DNA from: a virus | Length of the DNA: 34,634 bases | Virus record (IMG/VR): IMGVR_UViG_3300025644_000010 | Reading direction: 5' to 3' (one strand) | Shown: positions 25,828 through 34,227 of the stretch, piece after piece | Position numbering within the stretch: position 1 is the first letter of the stretch | Layout of the letters: the number at the start of each line of letters is the position of its first letter | The notes under the pieces: model-generated | What the model was told of the DNA's origin: nothing | Databases searched by the model: none | Seen by the model: only the letters and a program-made list of their open reading frames with translations | Program-made: the position numbers and the translations under genes

Positions 25828-26145
25828 TCACCTATTGACTTTACCAAGAAGTTTCTCAATTTTAATAAGTAAATCACTATTTTGTTTTAATTGATAATAC
25901 AGATCGTCTGTTAGACTTTCAATTTCGTCAACTAAATGTTTTCTTGAAACTTTGTCATTAACAAATTGAAGTTTTCTCACTCTATTAGTAATCATTCTTT
26001 TTGTACCAACAAAGCTACGATATTTTGTTTGCCAATAAATATCATCATATGAATATCTTGGATATTTATCATAGATATCTGCAATAGTTTTACCTTTTGC
26101 TAACAACTGATTCATTTTAATTAATGTATTAGTTTTTATTTTCAT
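25828..26145 (-). CDS. Basic hypothetical protein, possible HTH
   Basis: Start refined to MKIKTNT after GGAGGAG. Confidence 0.55.
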   Translation of the reverse strand: MKIKTNTLIKMNQLLAKGKTIADIYDKYPRYSYDDIYWQTKYRSFVGTKRMITNRVRKLQFVNDKVSRKHLVDEIESLTDDLYYQLKQNSDLLIKIEKLLGKVNR

Positions 26146-26161
26146 TTTGTCTCCTCCGATA

Positions 26162-26187
26162 CTAGATCTCGCCCCACGTTTTAGATC
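26162..26187 (-). repeat. Junction motif, copy C
   Basis: Minus strand gatcTAAAACgtggggcGAGATCTAG, directly after the TGA of 26186..26359. Confidence 0.7.
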
Positions 26188-26359
26188 AACTTTCAAACAC
26201 AACATTATCTTTATCAATAATTACTTTAAGACTAATACAGTCTATTAGATTGGTTTTTAAGTATATAGGTTTTGTTTCAGATACAACGGTTTTAGAATTA
26301 ATTTTAAATTCAACTTCTTCACACAATTTCTCTATTATTGGTTTTATATTTTGTTCCAT
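26186..26359 (-). CDS. Small hypothetical protein (57 aa)
   Basis: Translated by hand: MEQNIKPIIEKLCEEVEFK...DNVVFES; lies between junction motifs C and D. Confidence 0.5.
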   Translation of the reverse strand: MEQNIKPIIEKLCEEVEFKINSKTVVSETKPIYLKTNLIDCISLKVIIDKDNVVFES

Positions 26360-26367
26360 CTAATTCA

Positions 26368-26394
26368 CCAGATCTTACCGTGACGTTTTAATCC
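26368..26394 (-). repeat. Junction motif, copy D
   Basis: Minus strand ggatTAAAACgtcacggtAAGATCTGG; the TAA is the stop of 26388..26561. Confidence 0.7.
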
Positions 26395-26561
26395 ATCACA
26401 ACAATATGTGGAAGATTATCATCTATTTCTGCAAAAATTTCTAATTTAGTTTTATCATTACCAATCAGTGTAATACAATTAATAGATTCATCTTTCTTAA
26501 TTTTTATTCCATGAATTTTAAAAAATTCTTTAAGTTTTTTACTTTTATTCGCTATTTCCAT
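26388..26561 (-). CDS. Small hypothetical protein (57 aa)
   Basis: Start refined to MEIANKS after the GGAG within junction motif E. Confidence 0.55.
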   Translation of the reverse strand: MEIANKSKKLKEFFKIHGIKIKKDESINCITLIGNDKTKLEIFAEIDDNLPHIVVMD

Positions 26562-26569
26562 ATTTGTCT

Positions 26570-26594
26570 CCAGATCTTGCCCCACGTTTTAGAC
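26570..26594 (-). repeat. Junction motif, copy E
   Basis: Minus strand gtcTAAAACgtggggcAAGATCTGGag, just after the clamp-loader stop. Confidence 0.7.
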
Positions 26595-26595
26595 A

Positions 26596-27597
26596 TCATA
26601 ATTGTGCTTTACAACAGGCTTCAATGACCTCATAAAGACAACTAATTAAATGTAGGTATGTGAACTTTTTGTTGTCCATTGTTTCGTAATACCTGACTAC
26701 GATCATTTTGGCTGGTAACAAGTCGATGTTATTAATGATCTCACTGAAAACTGTATCAAAATCAATATCCCAGTTATTATTAAGTAATGTCACAAAGTTA
26801 ACGTAATCTTGAGCTATAATACTATTAGTTGGAAAGTATAAACACTGTTTCTTTAATTTACTGTTATTCATCTTTAAAATACTTTTGGTAATAACTAAGA
26901 ACAAACTAATAATACTTTCTTCAATCTCTGTATTGCCTATAAGATCTGAAAAGACAATCTTTTTATTGTTAGATATATAACTTATTTGTAATTGATTTAA
27001 TATGTCACGCAAACCTTTCTGATAATTATTCTCGACATAAATTCCGAGTTGTTCTTCATCAAAGTCGGCTTCTTCTTCTTTCAAAATCCGATCAATTTGA
27101 TTGAACAGGTTTAATTTATCAAATGAATCTAGATTAAATTTATATGTAAATCGACTAAAAAGTGCTGGATCAAGTTTACGAGGATGATTTGTTGCAGCTA
27201 AGAATACACACGTTTCTACATGTTTTTCCATTAATCCATCTTTCAATGTCACCTGAGCTGCCTTACTCAATTTATCTATTTCTTCAATGTAGACTATGTT
27301 ATGTTTACTCTTATTAGGACTTTTTCCAACCCAATTCTTTAGCTCATCCACTTCAGTTACAGAACGAGTTTTCATACGGAAAAGATCTGACTGTGTTTTT
27401 ATAATATGTCGGATAAGAATCTCTATAAGAGTTGTTTTTCCAAGACCTGGTGCTCCATAGAGTAATAAATTCCCGTCAATTCTTCCAGTTTCTAACCAAC
27501 TTGTAACAAGATTTTTGTGTTGATCATTATTAAACACATAATTCTCTATCGTAGCTGGTTGGTGTTTCTTTATCCAAGCACAATTCTTATCTAACAT
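26596..27597 (-). CDS. Clamp-loader AAA+ ATPase (RFC small subunit / T4 gp44-like)
   Basis: WIKKHQP (W-x-E-K-Y-R-P box), GAPGLGKTT, IEEIDKL and ALFSRF. Confidence 0.85.
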   Translation of the reverse strand: MLDKNCAWIKKHQPATIENYVFNNDQHKNLVTSWLETGRIDGNLLLYGAPGLGKTTLIEILIRHIIKTQSDLFRMKTRSVTEVDELKNWVGKSPNKSKHNIVYIEEIDKLSKAAQVTLKDGLMEKHVETCVFLAATNHPRKLDPALFSRFTYKFNLDSFDKLNLFNQIDRILKEEEADFDEEQLGIYVENNYQKGLRDILNQLQISYISNNKKIVFSDLIGNTEIEESIISLFLVITKSILKMNNSKLKKQCLYFPTNSIIAQDYVNFVTLLNNNWDIDFDTVFSEIINNIDLLPAKMIVVRYYETMDNKKFTYLHLISCLYEVIEACCKAQL

Positions 27598-28153
27598 CTT
27601 TTCTCCTATATTTTCTTCCAGTTAAATGTGACCAAGTTCTTCCTGTATTAATATTAGTTATTGATACTCCTGATACTTTAAATTTTTTAGCAATATTATT
27701 GTGTGAAACACCAATATTTAATAACTCTATTATTTCTAAAACCTCATCTTCTATTAATATAGAGTTTGTAATATCACTTCCTTTATTTTGTCGATTTTTA
27801 TTTTTTTGATCTTTTAAATTATCTTGAATAGTTCCTACCCATAAATGTTTAGGATTAACACAAGATGGATTGTCACAACTATGAAGAACTTGTAAACCTT
27901 CTGGAATTGGACCATTAAAACATTCATATATAAATCTATGAGTTCCAAATTGGTCATATTTAATACTAAAACGACCGTAACCAGATCCGTGTCCACTTTT
28001 AGCACCAATCCATTCCATACAAGAATCTAAATCATCAGATCCATCATCAAGTTTCTTTACATTCACTTTTGACCAAAATCGTTCTAGTACATCATTACCA
28101 TATCCCATTTGATTATAGTATGGTTTTGTATTGTCATACATTTTTATCTCCAA
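27587..28153 (-). mobile_element. Free-standing HNH homing endonuclease with C-terminal HTH
   Basis: RFWSKV, YGRF, THRFIYE...GPIP, VLHSCDNPSCVNPKHL...DN and a C-terminal HTH (IAKKFKVS). Confidence 0.85.
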
Positions 28154-28169
28154 TCTTTTCTCATATTAA

Positions 28170-28202
28170 ATAATCCACATCCTCAACCGGAGGTGGAATT
28201 AT
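28170..28202 (-). terminator. Imperfect hairpin upstream of the HNH gene
   Basis: Minus strand ataa-tccac-ctc...gag-gtgga-ttat, followed by T-rich sequence. Confidence 0.4.
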
Positions 28203-28211
28203 GTTAGAAGA

Positions 28212-28505
28212 TTAACAAGCATTAAATCTAGCTACTCTCCAGTTATAGATAACTGTAAATACATATACTCCTATAAGTATTAGTGTAATACCAATACTTT
28301 CAATCATGTAACACATGGTTATAGCAAATCCAATTAATGTAATTTTATAAAGTATAATTCCAAAAAATCCTAATCTTACATATATGAGATTAACAATTGG
28401 ATTGAACTCACCATCAGTACCATAGTTATTGAATATTATTTTAGTCTGGATTAGATCTATTATATTTAAAACAATCAATATGATTATTAAACTATTTAGA
28501 ATCAT
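28212..28505 (-). CDS. Small membrane protein (DUF5658-like)
   Basis: Three hydrophobic segments; NIIDLIQT and GEFNP motifs. Confidence 0.6.
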   Translation of the reverse strand: MILNSLIIILIVLNIIDLIQTKIIFNNYGTDGEFNPIVNLIYVRLGFFGIILYKITLIGFAITMCYMIESIGITLILIGVYVFTVIYNWRVARFNAC

Positions 28506-28543
28506 TATTATATCCTAACCCTTCAGATTTATGTTGACTACAG

Positions 28544-28744
28544 TTACGAATAAATTCTTTTTCCATCATATGTAAAGAGTGTTGGTGTAGGTATTTTGGT
28601 AAATTCTGGATCACATGTTTTACAATAATTAGTTTTAATTAATTTACATTTTAATACTACACTATCATCTTCATTAACTTGTTCATGACCACATTTACAA
28701 ATTATTCGATATTTATGTTTAGTAAAAATAGATTCATTTTTCAT
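28544..28744 (-). CDS. Small zinc-finger-like protein
   Basis: CKCGH...CKTC. Confidence 0.5.
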   Translation of the reverse strand: MKNESIFTKHKYRIICKCGHEQVNEDDSVVLKCKLIKTNYCKTCDPEFTKIPTPTLFTYDGKRIYS

Positions 28745-29004
28745 AATTCATTATCTCCATTACTTTCATCAAATTTAGGAAACTCAAATATACCAGTCAT
28801 CAACCATTCTCTTTCATCTGGAGTAAGATATGGAAAAGCCGTTTGTATATGTGTTCCTCGATTATATAAATATAAATCTAGACTTTTTATACTTACTGAA
28901 ACCTCCTTTCCAGATATAACACATTTACCAGAGAATACGTATACGTGTTCTGGTTCAAATTTCTCAATATATGTAATTTTATCACTATCAAGAAAATAAC
29001 TCAT
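28741..29004 (-). CDS. Conserved phage hypothetical protein
   Basis: IQTAFPYLTPDEREWLMTG pattern; GGAGG RBS; first gene after cassette 4. Confidence 0.6.
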   Translation of the reverse strand: MSYFLDSDKITYIEKFEPEHVYVFSGKCVISGKEVSVSIKSLDLYLYNRGTHIQTAFPYLTPDEREWLMTGIFEFPKFDESNGDNEL

Positions 29005-29056
29005 TTAAATCAAACCTCCTATCTATTTATTTTTATTTAAAAATAATGATTATTTA

Positions 29057-29116
29057 TATTATTTCTATATAAAAACAGAGAAAATATAAATTACCCGACT
29101 GCCGAAGCAGCCGGGT
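29057..29116 (-). promoter_or_regulatory. Hairpin + conserved promoter-like cassette, copy 4
   Basis: 10-bp stem with C(UUCG)G loop at 29093-29116, then TTTTCT-N8-ATATAGAAATAATA. Confidence 0.8.
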
Positions 29117-29128
29117 CTTTGTGATGAT

Positions 29129-29341
29129 TTATTCGTAATCATGAATATTTTTTCTTGAAAACACAAAATCTTCAAAAGCACCATTTGGACTTTCTGGACT
29201 ATCTGGATTGTCTTCACTTGGATCTTGATTTCTAGCAAAAGATGCCATAAGATCCTTTTCAGGAGTTAGAGATAAATTAATTACAAAATCCCCAATTCTA
29301 ATTTCGCTTTCTTCATTTTCTTCAATGTCTAATTCTTTCAT
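29129..29341 (-). CDS. Small acidic protein
   Basis: 19 of 70 residues are D/E; its ATG overlaps the radical SAM TGA. Confidence 0.6.
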   Translation of the reverse strand: MKELDIEENEESEIRIGDFVINLSLTPEKDLMASFARNQDPSEDNPDSPESPNGAFEDFVFSRKNIHDYE

Positions 29342-30081
29342 TGGGCCTCCTCTAATGATTTATGAATCATATACTTTTTACCATAATGATTCAATTTTTT
29401 CTCAACCTTCTCTTTGACTTCTTTCCAGTTTATTGTTTTTTGGTGTTTGTTATAATTCAATTTACCAACACCATAAAAATCTGTGAATTCATGAGTATTA
29501 TCGATAACATCTAATGCTTCTTGAAGATCAATAATTGGCTCTAAACTTAACCAAGTTTTAATGTTTCTTTTTTTGGCTCTTCTTAGATTTTCAATCCTTT
29601 GTTTGGGGGAAGCTGCAAATGGTTCCCATTCTTTTTGTAAATCTTCATTTAACATAACTAAAGTAATACCGAATTCGTTTTCTTGAACTTGAGACAAAAG
29701 ATCAAAATCTCTTTGAGCTAAATCTTCTCCTTTTGTAAGTATTCGAACAGGAAAATCAAACGAATTTAATAATTTAATTGATGTTCGTGTTAGTTTTAGT
29801 TCTTCCTCTAGTGGTTGATAAGGATCACTAGTGAATGACATAAGAACTTGAGATTTTTCGAATTCATCATTCTTTTCAATCAATTCTAAGTCTCTTATTA
29901 ATCTCGTAATAATATCCTTTTTTGGTTTAATTGTTCCGTTAAAATTTTCTCTAGTGATTTTACAAACACCAGGGACAAAGCAGTACTTACAACCATGATT
30001 ACAACCTATATAAAGATTGAGCGCAAGATCTGCATATTCTTTAGCAGAACCTTTTGGTTCATATATCACTCTATTTGGCAT
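29338..30081 (-). CDS. Radical SAM protein (SplB/COG1533-like)
   Basis: CNHGCKYC (CxxxCxxC), SDPYQP, ILTKG, WEP and SLEP. Confidence 0.85.
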   Translation of the reverse strand: MPNRVIYEPKGSAKEYADLALNLYIGCNHGCKYCFVPGVCKITRENFNGTIKPKKDIITRLIRDLELIEKNDEFEKSQVLMSFTSDPYQPLEEELKLTRTSIKLLNSFDFPVRILTKGEDLAQRDFDLLSQVQENEFGITLVMLNEDLQKEWEPFAASPKQRIENLRRAKKRNIKTWLSLEPIIDLQEALDVIDNTHEFTDFYGVGKLNYNKHQKTINWKEVKEKVEKKLNHYGKKYMIHKSLEEAQ

Positions 30082-30793
30082 TTGATTTTTCCTTCCACAA
30101 GAGATTTCTCCCTTTAGTATAAGTTATATTTAATGGATCATGTGGTTTCTTTATAAAGATAACTGTACCCATTTGAGTTTTACCATGTTTATAAGGATAC
30201 CCTTGTGGGTATATAGACCAATGATCTGGTATCCAATATTCTTTTAATAATATGTCGAATATATCACTTATTTGAAACTCTGATTTTTCTGAAAAAATAT
30301 ATGGATTTTTTAATACAAAATTACTAATAAGTAGTAATTCGTTTTTAACTCCATTATCTATAGTTTTCATAATTTTCTTAAGATAATCAGATCCATATTT
30401 TGGTTGCATTACACCATCATAATTAATAATTGATGGGTTGAATTGTTTGCCTATTATTCTTTCGCAAATAGTTTCAAGGAAATCTCCATGAATCCATTTA
30501 ATGTGTGGATAATATTTCGCATTAGTTTTAATCACTTTTTCTTCTCGATCAACTCCGTAGAATTGATCTGGGTGAATTAGGTTGGAATTAACCAAATGCC
30601 CTAATTCACCCACTATAGAAGAAGTTCGAGTATAATGCGCTCCACACATTGTCCAATACTCTGAGTTTTCAGGAATTGATAACCTTCTAAATACTTTACG
30701 ATATATTTTAATTATCGTTTTATATCTAGCTTCCACTTTTATATCATCATCCCAAGGACTACTATGTACATAATTAGGTTGTGTATTGCGCAT
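30071..30793 (-). CDS. Putative class I SAM-dependent methyltransferase-fold protein
   Basis: Rossmann-like spacing of YWTMCG, FYGVDRE, WIHGDF and IINYDG; lacks a canonical GxGxG. Confidence 0.45.
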   Translation of the reverse strand: MRNTQPNYVHSSPWDDDIKVEARYKTIIKIYRKVFRRLSIPENSEYWTMCGAHYTRTSSIVGELGHLVNSNLIHPDQFYGVDREEKVIKTNAKYYPHIKWIHGDFLETICERIIGKQFNPSIINYDGVMQPKYGSDYLKKIMKTIDNGVKNELLLISNFVLKNPYIFSEKSEFQISDIFDILLKEYWIPDHWSIYPQGYPYKHGKTQMGTVIFIKKPHDPLNITYTKGRNLLWKEKSNAK

Positions 30794-30814
30794 TATTTAA
30801 ACCCTCAATTAATA

Positions 30815-32161
30815 TTATCTAAGGATATGTTGAAATAATTCTTTCTTTTTGTATATTCGATTGACTAATCCATAATATCCATTCTTTTTTAACCATGTAG
30901 CTGGTGGTAATTTTCCACCATTGTCTTTAGCAAGAATCTCTGCTATTTCTAACCAATCCTCAAAAGATTTACTAGGATTAACCATAAAATCTCTATCAAT
31001 ATGTGAAAATGATTTTTTGTTTAAAGAAAGATAAACTACTAATCTTTTGTGTCCATTCTCTCTTAACCATTTAGCTGGTGGTAATTTTCCACCATTGTCT
31101 TTAGCTAACTTCTCGGCTATTTCGATCCATTCATCTGAAGGTTTGTGACAATAATCTCTTTTAATATGTTTGAATGATTTTTTATTTGCGTATATAATAC
31201 GAATTAATGTATTATAACCATTTGTTTTTAACCATTTAGCTGGTGGCAATTTTCCACCATTGTCTTTAGCTAACTTCTCGGCTATTTCGATCCATTCATC
31301 CAGAGATTTAAGATTATTATCATTTCTTTTAATATGAGAAAATGTATCTCTATTTGATATTATACATTGATATAACTTACGATAACCATTTGTTTTCAAC
31401 CAACTAAGTGATGGTAATTTTCCACCATTGTCTTTAGCTAACTTCTCGGCTATTTCGATCCATTCATCCAGAGATTTACACGGATCATTAATAAAATCTC
31501 TATCAATATGTGAAAATGATTTTTTGTTTATACAAAGATGGTTTACTAATCTTCCGTACCCATTCTTTCTTAACCATTTAACTGGTGGTAATTTTCCACC
31601 ATTGTCTTTAGCTAACTTCTCGGCTATTTCGATCCATTCATCCAGAGATTTACACGGATCATTAATAAAATCTCTATCAATATGTGAAAATGATTTTTTG
31701 TTTAAATGGTAAAGTAAATTTGAATACCCATTTTCTATCAACCATGTAGCTGGTGGCAATTTTCCACCATTGTCTTTAACTAGATTCTCGGCTATTTTAA
31801 GCCATTTTTCTGGAGGCATAGAATCATATTTTCTTTTAATATGATCAAACATTTTCTTATGTTTACTATACAAGAGAGCAGTTAACCCCATATAACCATT
31901 TCTTTTTAACCAAATATATGATTGTAATTTTCCACCATTATCTTTAGCTAACTTCTCTGCAATTTTAACCCAATCCTCTGGTGAATTTCTTTCTTTATAT
32001 AAATTTTCTTTAAGAATATGTTTAAATGAATTTTTATATTTATACAAACAAATTTCTAATCCATTATACCCATTCTCTCTTAACCATTTAGATGGTGGTA
32101 ATTTTCCACCATTTTCTTCAGTTAATTTCTCAGCTATTTGTACCCATTCTTCTATAGATTT
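30815..32161 (-). repeat. Intragenic tandem repeat array, 8 units of about 165-177 bp
   Basis: Includes an identical 119-bp stretch at 31412-31530 and 31586-31704 (period 174 bp). Confidence 0.95.
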
Positions 32162-33886
32162 TCTTTCTCCCTTAATAACATCTCTAAATTCTTGAAATGT
32201 TTTTGATGTACATGTATTAGTTCCAAAAATTCTTAAATCTTCAAAGATGTCATTCAACCAAATTTTATCAAAATCTTCGATAAAATAATTTGAATTATTT
32301 TTAGAATAATCAATTGATTTAATAATATGTTTTTGATTGTGCATTTTTCTAAAAACTAAACCGATGTGATTAATGATTTGGTCTTGATTTTTAATTATGT
32401 TCTCTGATGTTAATAAACATTTGATCCATTGTTTAACATCTTGAGCAGATGGATCTTCTGAAACAGATTTCATAACTATTAGTTTTTTAATTATGTTCTC
32501 CAATAATTTTGCTCTTTCATCATCATCTGGAAATATTTCCTCTAGAGGATTAATATATAACTCTCTTCTATTATTTGATTTTAATTTTGTTGGGTATTTA
32601 ATTGGTTCAATAATGTCTTGTAACAATAAAGATGTTGCTAGAGCATTGAAACTTTTACTTAAATGTATTCGCCTTTCTTCTTCGTTTTTAAATTTACTTT
32701 CAAAAGGAAGAAAACAGTAATATATTATTGATTTCTTATTAAAGAAATCTCTCCACAATCTACCGAAACGTTGATGTGTTATTCTTAAAGTATTTGAAGG
32801 TGCTAAATCAAGACATTGTTCTGCATGAACCCAATCTGATCCTTCATCAAATATTTTAAGAGTTAGTATCACATCAACATGTTTAGCATCTCTATTATCA
32901 AGGAGTATTTCTTTTCTCTTATCTCTACCGTTGGTTTCAATAAGATCAAGAATTTTACAATCATGCCACTCTTCTTTGATAGTTTTAATAAGTTTATCTT
33001 TAAATTTATTCTTATTACTATCATTCATAAGATGACCAACATAAGGACAGAAAATTATGCTCTTTTTGTGTCCTAATTTAAATACTTTCTTAACTTCATC
33101 AAATATTTCATATTGTTTGTATATAACAAAATTAAAAGTAAAATCTTCAATATACTTAATATTTTCTTCCCAATGTTTATCTAGAGGAAGAAAATGCTTA
33201 TCAAATGTATCTAGAATTTCTTTAGGTATAATAGAATTACTATCACCACGATATGGTGTAGCTGTTACTAACCAAAGAGAACTATCAGATTTATTTTTAA
33301 AAATATGATTGACCATACTTCCAATTCTATTTGATGTTTCATTATCCTCATACATTATATGATGAGCTTCATCAATTACGATTGTAGTATTATCAAATAT
33401 ATCATTAAATTTTGATACTTTTGAATATGTTTGAGCTAAAGTAGAATGTGTAACAATAGCCACACGATTTTCAATACCAGGTTCAAATTCTTTCTTTTTA
33501 AGAAATTTAGTTAAGTATTTGATTTTTTGAAGGTTAGATTTCTTGCAAAGATCATGAAAACAATCCCAATTAATTTGTGTACCATCATCATATTGAAGAA
33601 TCATTTTTCCAAAAGATTTTGCAATAAATGTTTGAGGTACAGCTATAACAACTTTCATGTTTGGATTATTTTTCAATCTATCAGCCATAACAAAAGCAAC
33701 ATTAATAGATTTACCTGATCCAGGTGGTTGTATCAGTTGAAAATATTTTGAATTTCGATTTTCTTCAAAAACTTCTCTTTGTTGGTTCCTCTGTGTGATT
33801 ATTTCAAAATCTTCATTTTGATCTATTTTTATATCTACAGGTTTAATTTTATCAATGTGTCTTCCGAAAGCTCTAAAAATAGTCAT
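30815..33886 (-). CDS. SF2 (DEAH) helicase with eight C-terminal ~56-58 aa repeats
   Basis: QPPGSGKS, IDEAHH, TATPYRGD, IFDEGSDW and QRFGRLWR; repeat consensus W.EIAEKLAKDNGGKLPP..WL..NGY. Confidence 0.85.
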   Translation of the reverse strand: MTIFRAFGRHIDKIKPVDIKIDQNEDFEIITQRNQQREVFEENRNSKYFQLIQPPGSGKSINVAFVMADRLKNNPNMKVVIAVPQTFIAKSFGKMILQYDDGTQINWDCFHDLCKKSNLQKIKYLTKFLKKKEFEPGIENRVAIVTHSTLAQTYSKVSKFNDIFDNTTIVIDEAHHIMYEDNETSNRIGSMVNHIFKNKSDSSLWLVTATPYRGDSNSIIPKEILDTFDKHFLPLDKHWEENIKYIEDFTFNFVIYKQYEIFDEVKKVFKLGHKKSIIFCPYVGHLMNDSNKNKFKDKLIKTIKEEWHDCKILDLIETNGRDKRKEILLDNRDAKHVDVILTLKIFDEGSDWVHAEQCLDLAPSNTLRITHQRFGRLWRDFFNKKSIIYYCFLPFESKFKNEEERRIHLSKSFNALATSLLLQDIIEPIKYPTKLKSNNRRELYINPLEEIFPDDDERAKLLENIIKKLIVMKSVSEDPSAQDVKQWIKCLLTSENIIKNQDQIINHIGLVFRKMHNQKHIIKSIDYSKNNSNYFIEDFDKIWLNDIFEDLRIFGTNTCTSKTFQEFRDVIKGERKSIEEWVQIAEKLTEENGGKLPPSKWLRENGYNGLEICLYKYKNSFKHILKENLYKERNSPEDWVKIAEKLAKDNGGKLQSYIWLKRNGYMGLTALLYSKHKKMFDHIKRKYDSMPPEKWLKIAENLVKDNGGKLPPATWLIENGYSNLLYHLNKKSFSHIDRDFINDPCKSLDEWIEIAEKLAKDNGGKLPPVKWLRKNGYGRLVNHLCINKKSFSHIDRDFINDPCKSLDEWIEIAEKLAKDNGGKLPSLSWLKTNGYRKLYQCIISNRDTFSHIKRNDNNLKSLDEWIEIAEKLAKDNGGKLPPAKWLKTNGYNTLIRIIYANKKSFKHIKRDYCHKPSDEWIEIAEKLAKDNGGKLPPAKWLRENGHKRLVVYLSLNKKSFSHIDRDFMVNPSKSFEDWLEIAEILAKDNGGKLPPATWLKKNGYYGLVNRIYKKKELFQHILR

Positions 33887-33934
33887 ACTTTCTCCTTTAA
33901 TTTAAAAATAAATTTAAGCAAATTACTATTATCT

Positions 33935-33999
33935 TATTATTTCTATATTAAAACAAAGAAAATATAAATTATCCCTAGCTACCGAAGTAGCTAAGGATA
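33935..33999 (-). promoter_or_regulatory. Hairpin + conserved promoter-like cassette, copy 5
   Basis: 13-bp stem with C(UUCG)G loop at 33970-33999, then TTTTCT-N8-ATATAGAAATAATA. Confidence 0.8.
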
Positions 34000-34004
34000 T
34001 TAGA

Positions 34005-34217
34005 TTATTTTAGGTTAAGATTTACATACTGAGATGTTATTTTTAAGAGATTTTCATAATCTCCACTCATAGCTTCATCTCTATATTTATTAAGATACTC
34101 TTCATCTGCTCCCTCATTAAAGAGAGATTTACAAGTTTTACCAATTATTACGAAAGCGTTTCCGTCTTCACCATCTAAATCTATTTCAATTTCTGGTTTT
34201 TCGTTTGGTGCTTTCAT
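34005..34217 (-). CDS. Conserved phage hypothetical protein
   Basis: GEDGNAFVIIG...EAMSGDYENLL pattern; start refined to MKAPNEK after AGGAG. Confidence 0.65.
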   Translation of the reverse strand: MKAPNEKPEIEIDLDGEDGNAFVIIGKTCKSLFNEGADEEYLNKYRDEAMSGDYENLLKITSQYVNLNLK

Positions 34218-34227
34218 GAATCTCCTA

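Noticed and set aside
8832-26594. Junction motifs as integron attC sites
   Set aside because: No RYYYAAC/GTTRRRY pair, no imperfect palindrome of attC length and no integrase in the window. Kept only as an unexplained motif.
30815-32161. CRISPR array or DGR template/variable repeat
   Set aside because: The repeats are in-frame protein-coding units of ~170 bp without spacer architecture. Differences are not confined to adenines and no reverse transcriptase is present.
8457-33948. Archaeal TATA-box reading of the cassette core (TTTATATA)
   Set aside because: The upstream sequence is pyrimidine-rich with no BRE, and gene content (bacterial SSB, sigma region 4, SLT, lipoboxes, bacterial-type tRNA-Ile2) indicates a bacterial host.
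1576-33967. All plus-strand ORFs in the six-frame track (e.g. 7701..7988, 18145..18729, 21331..21666, 31428..31712)
   Set aside because: They lie antisense to well-supported minus-strand genes, have the Phe/Leu/Ile/Ser-rich composition of shadow ORFs and lack RBSs. 16163..16354 is antisense to the RNA candidate.
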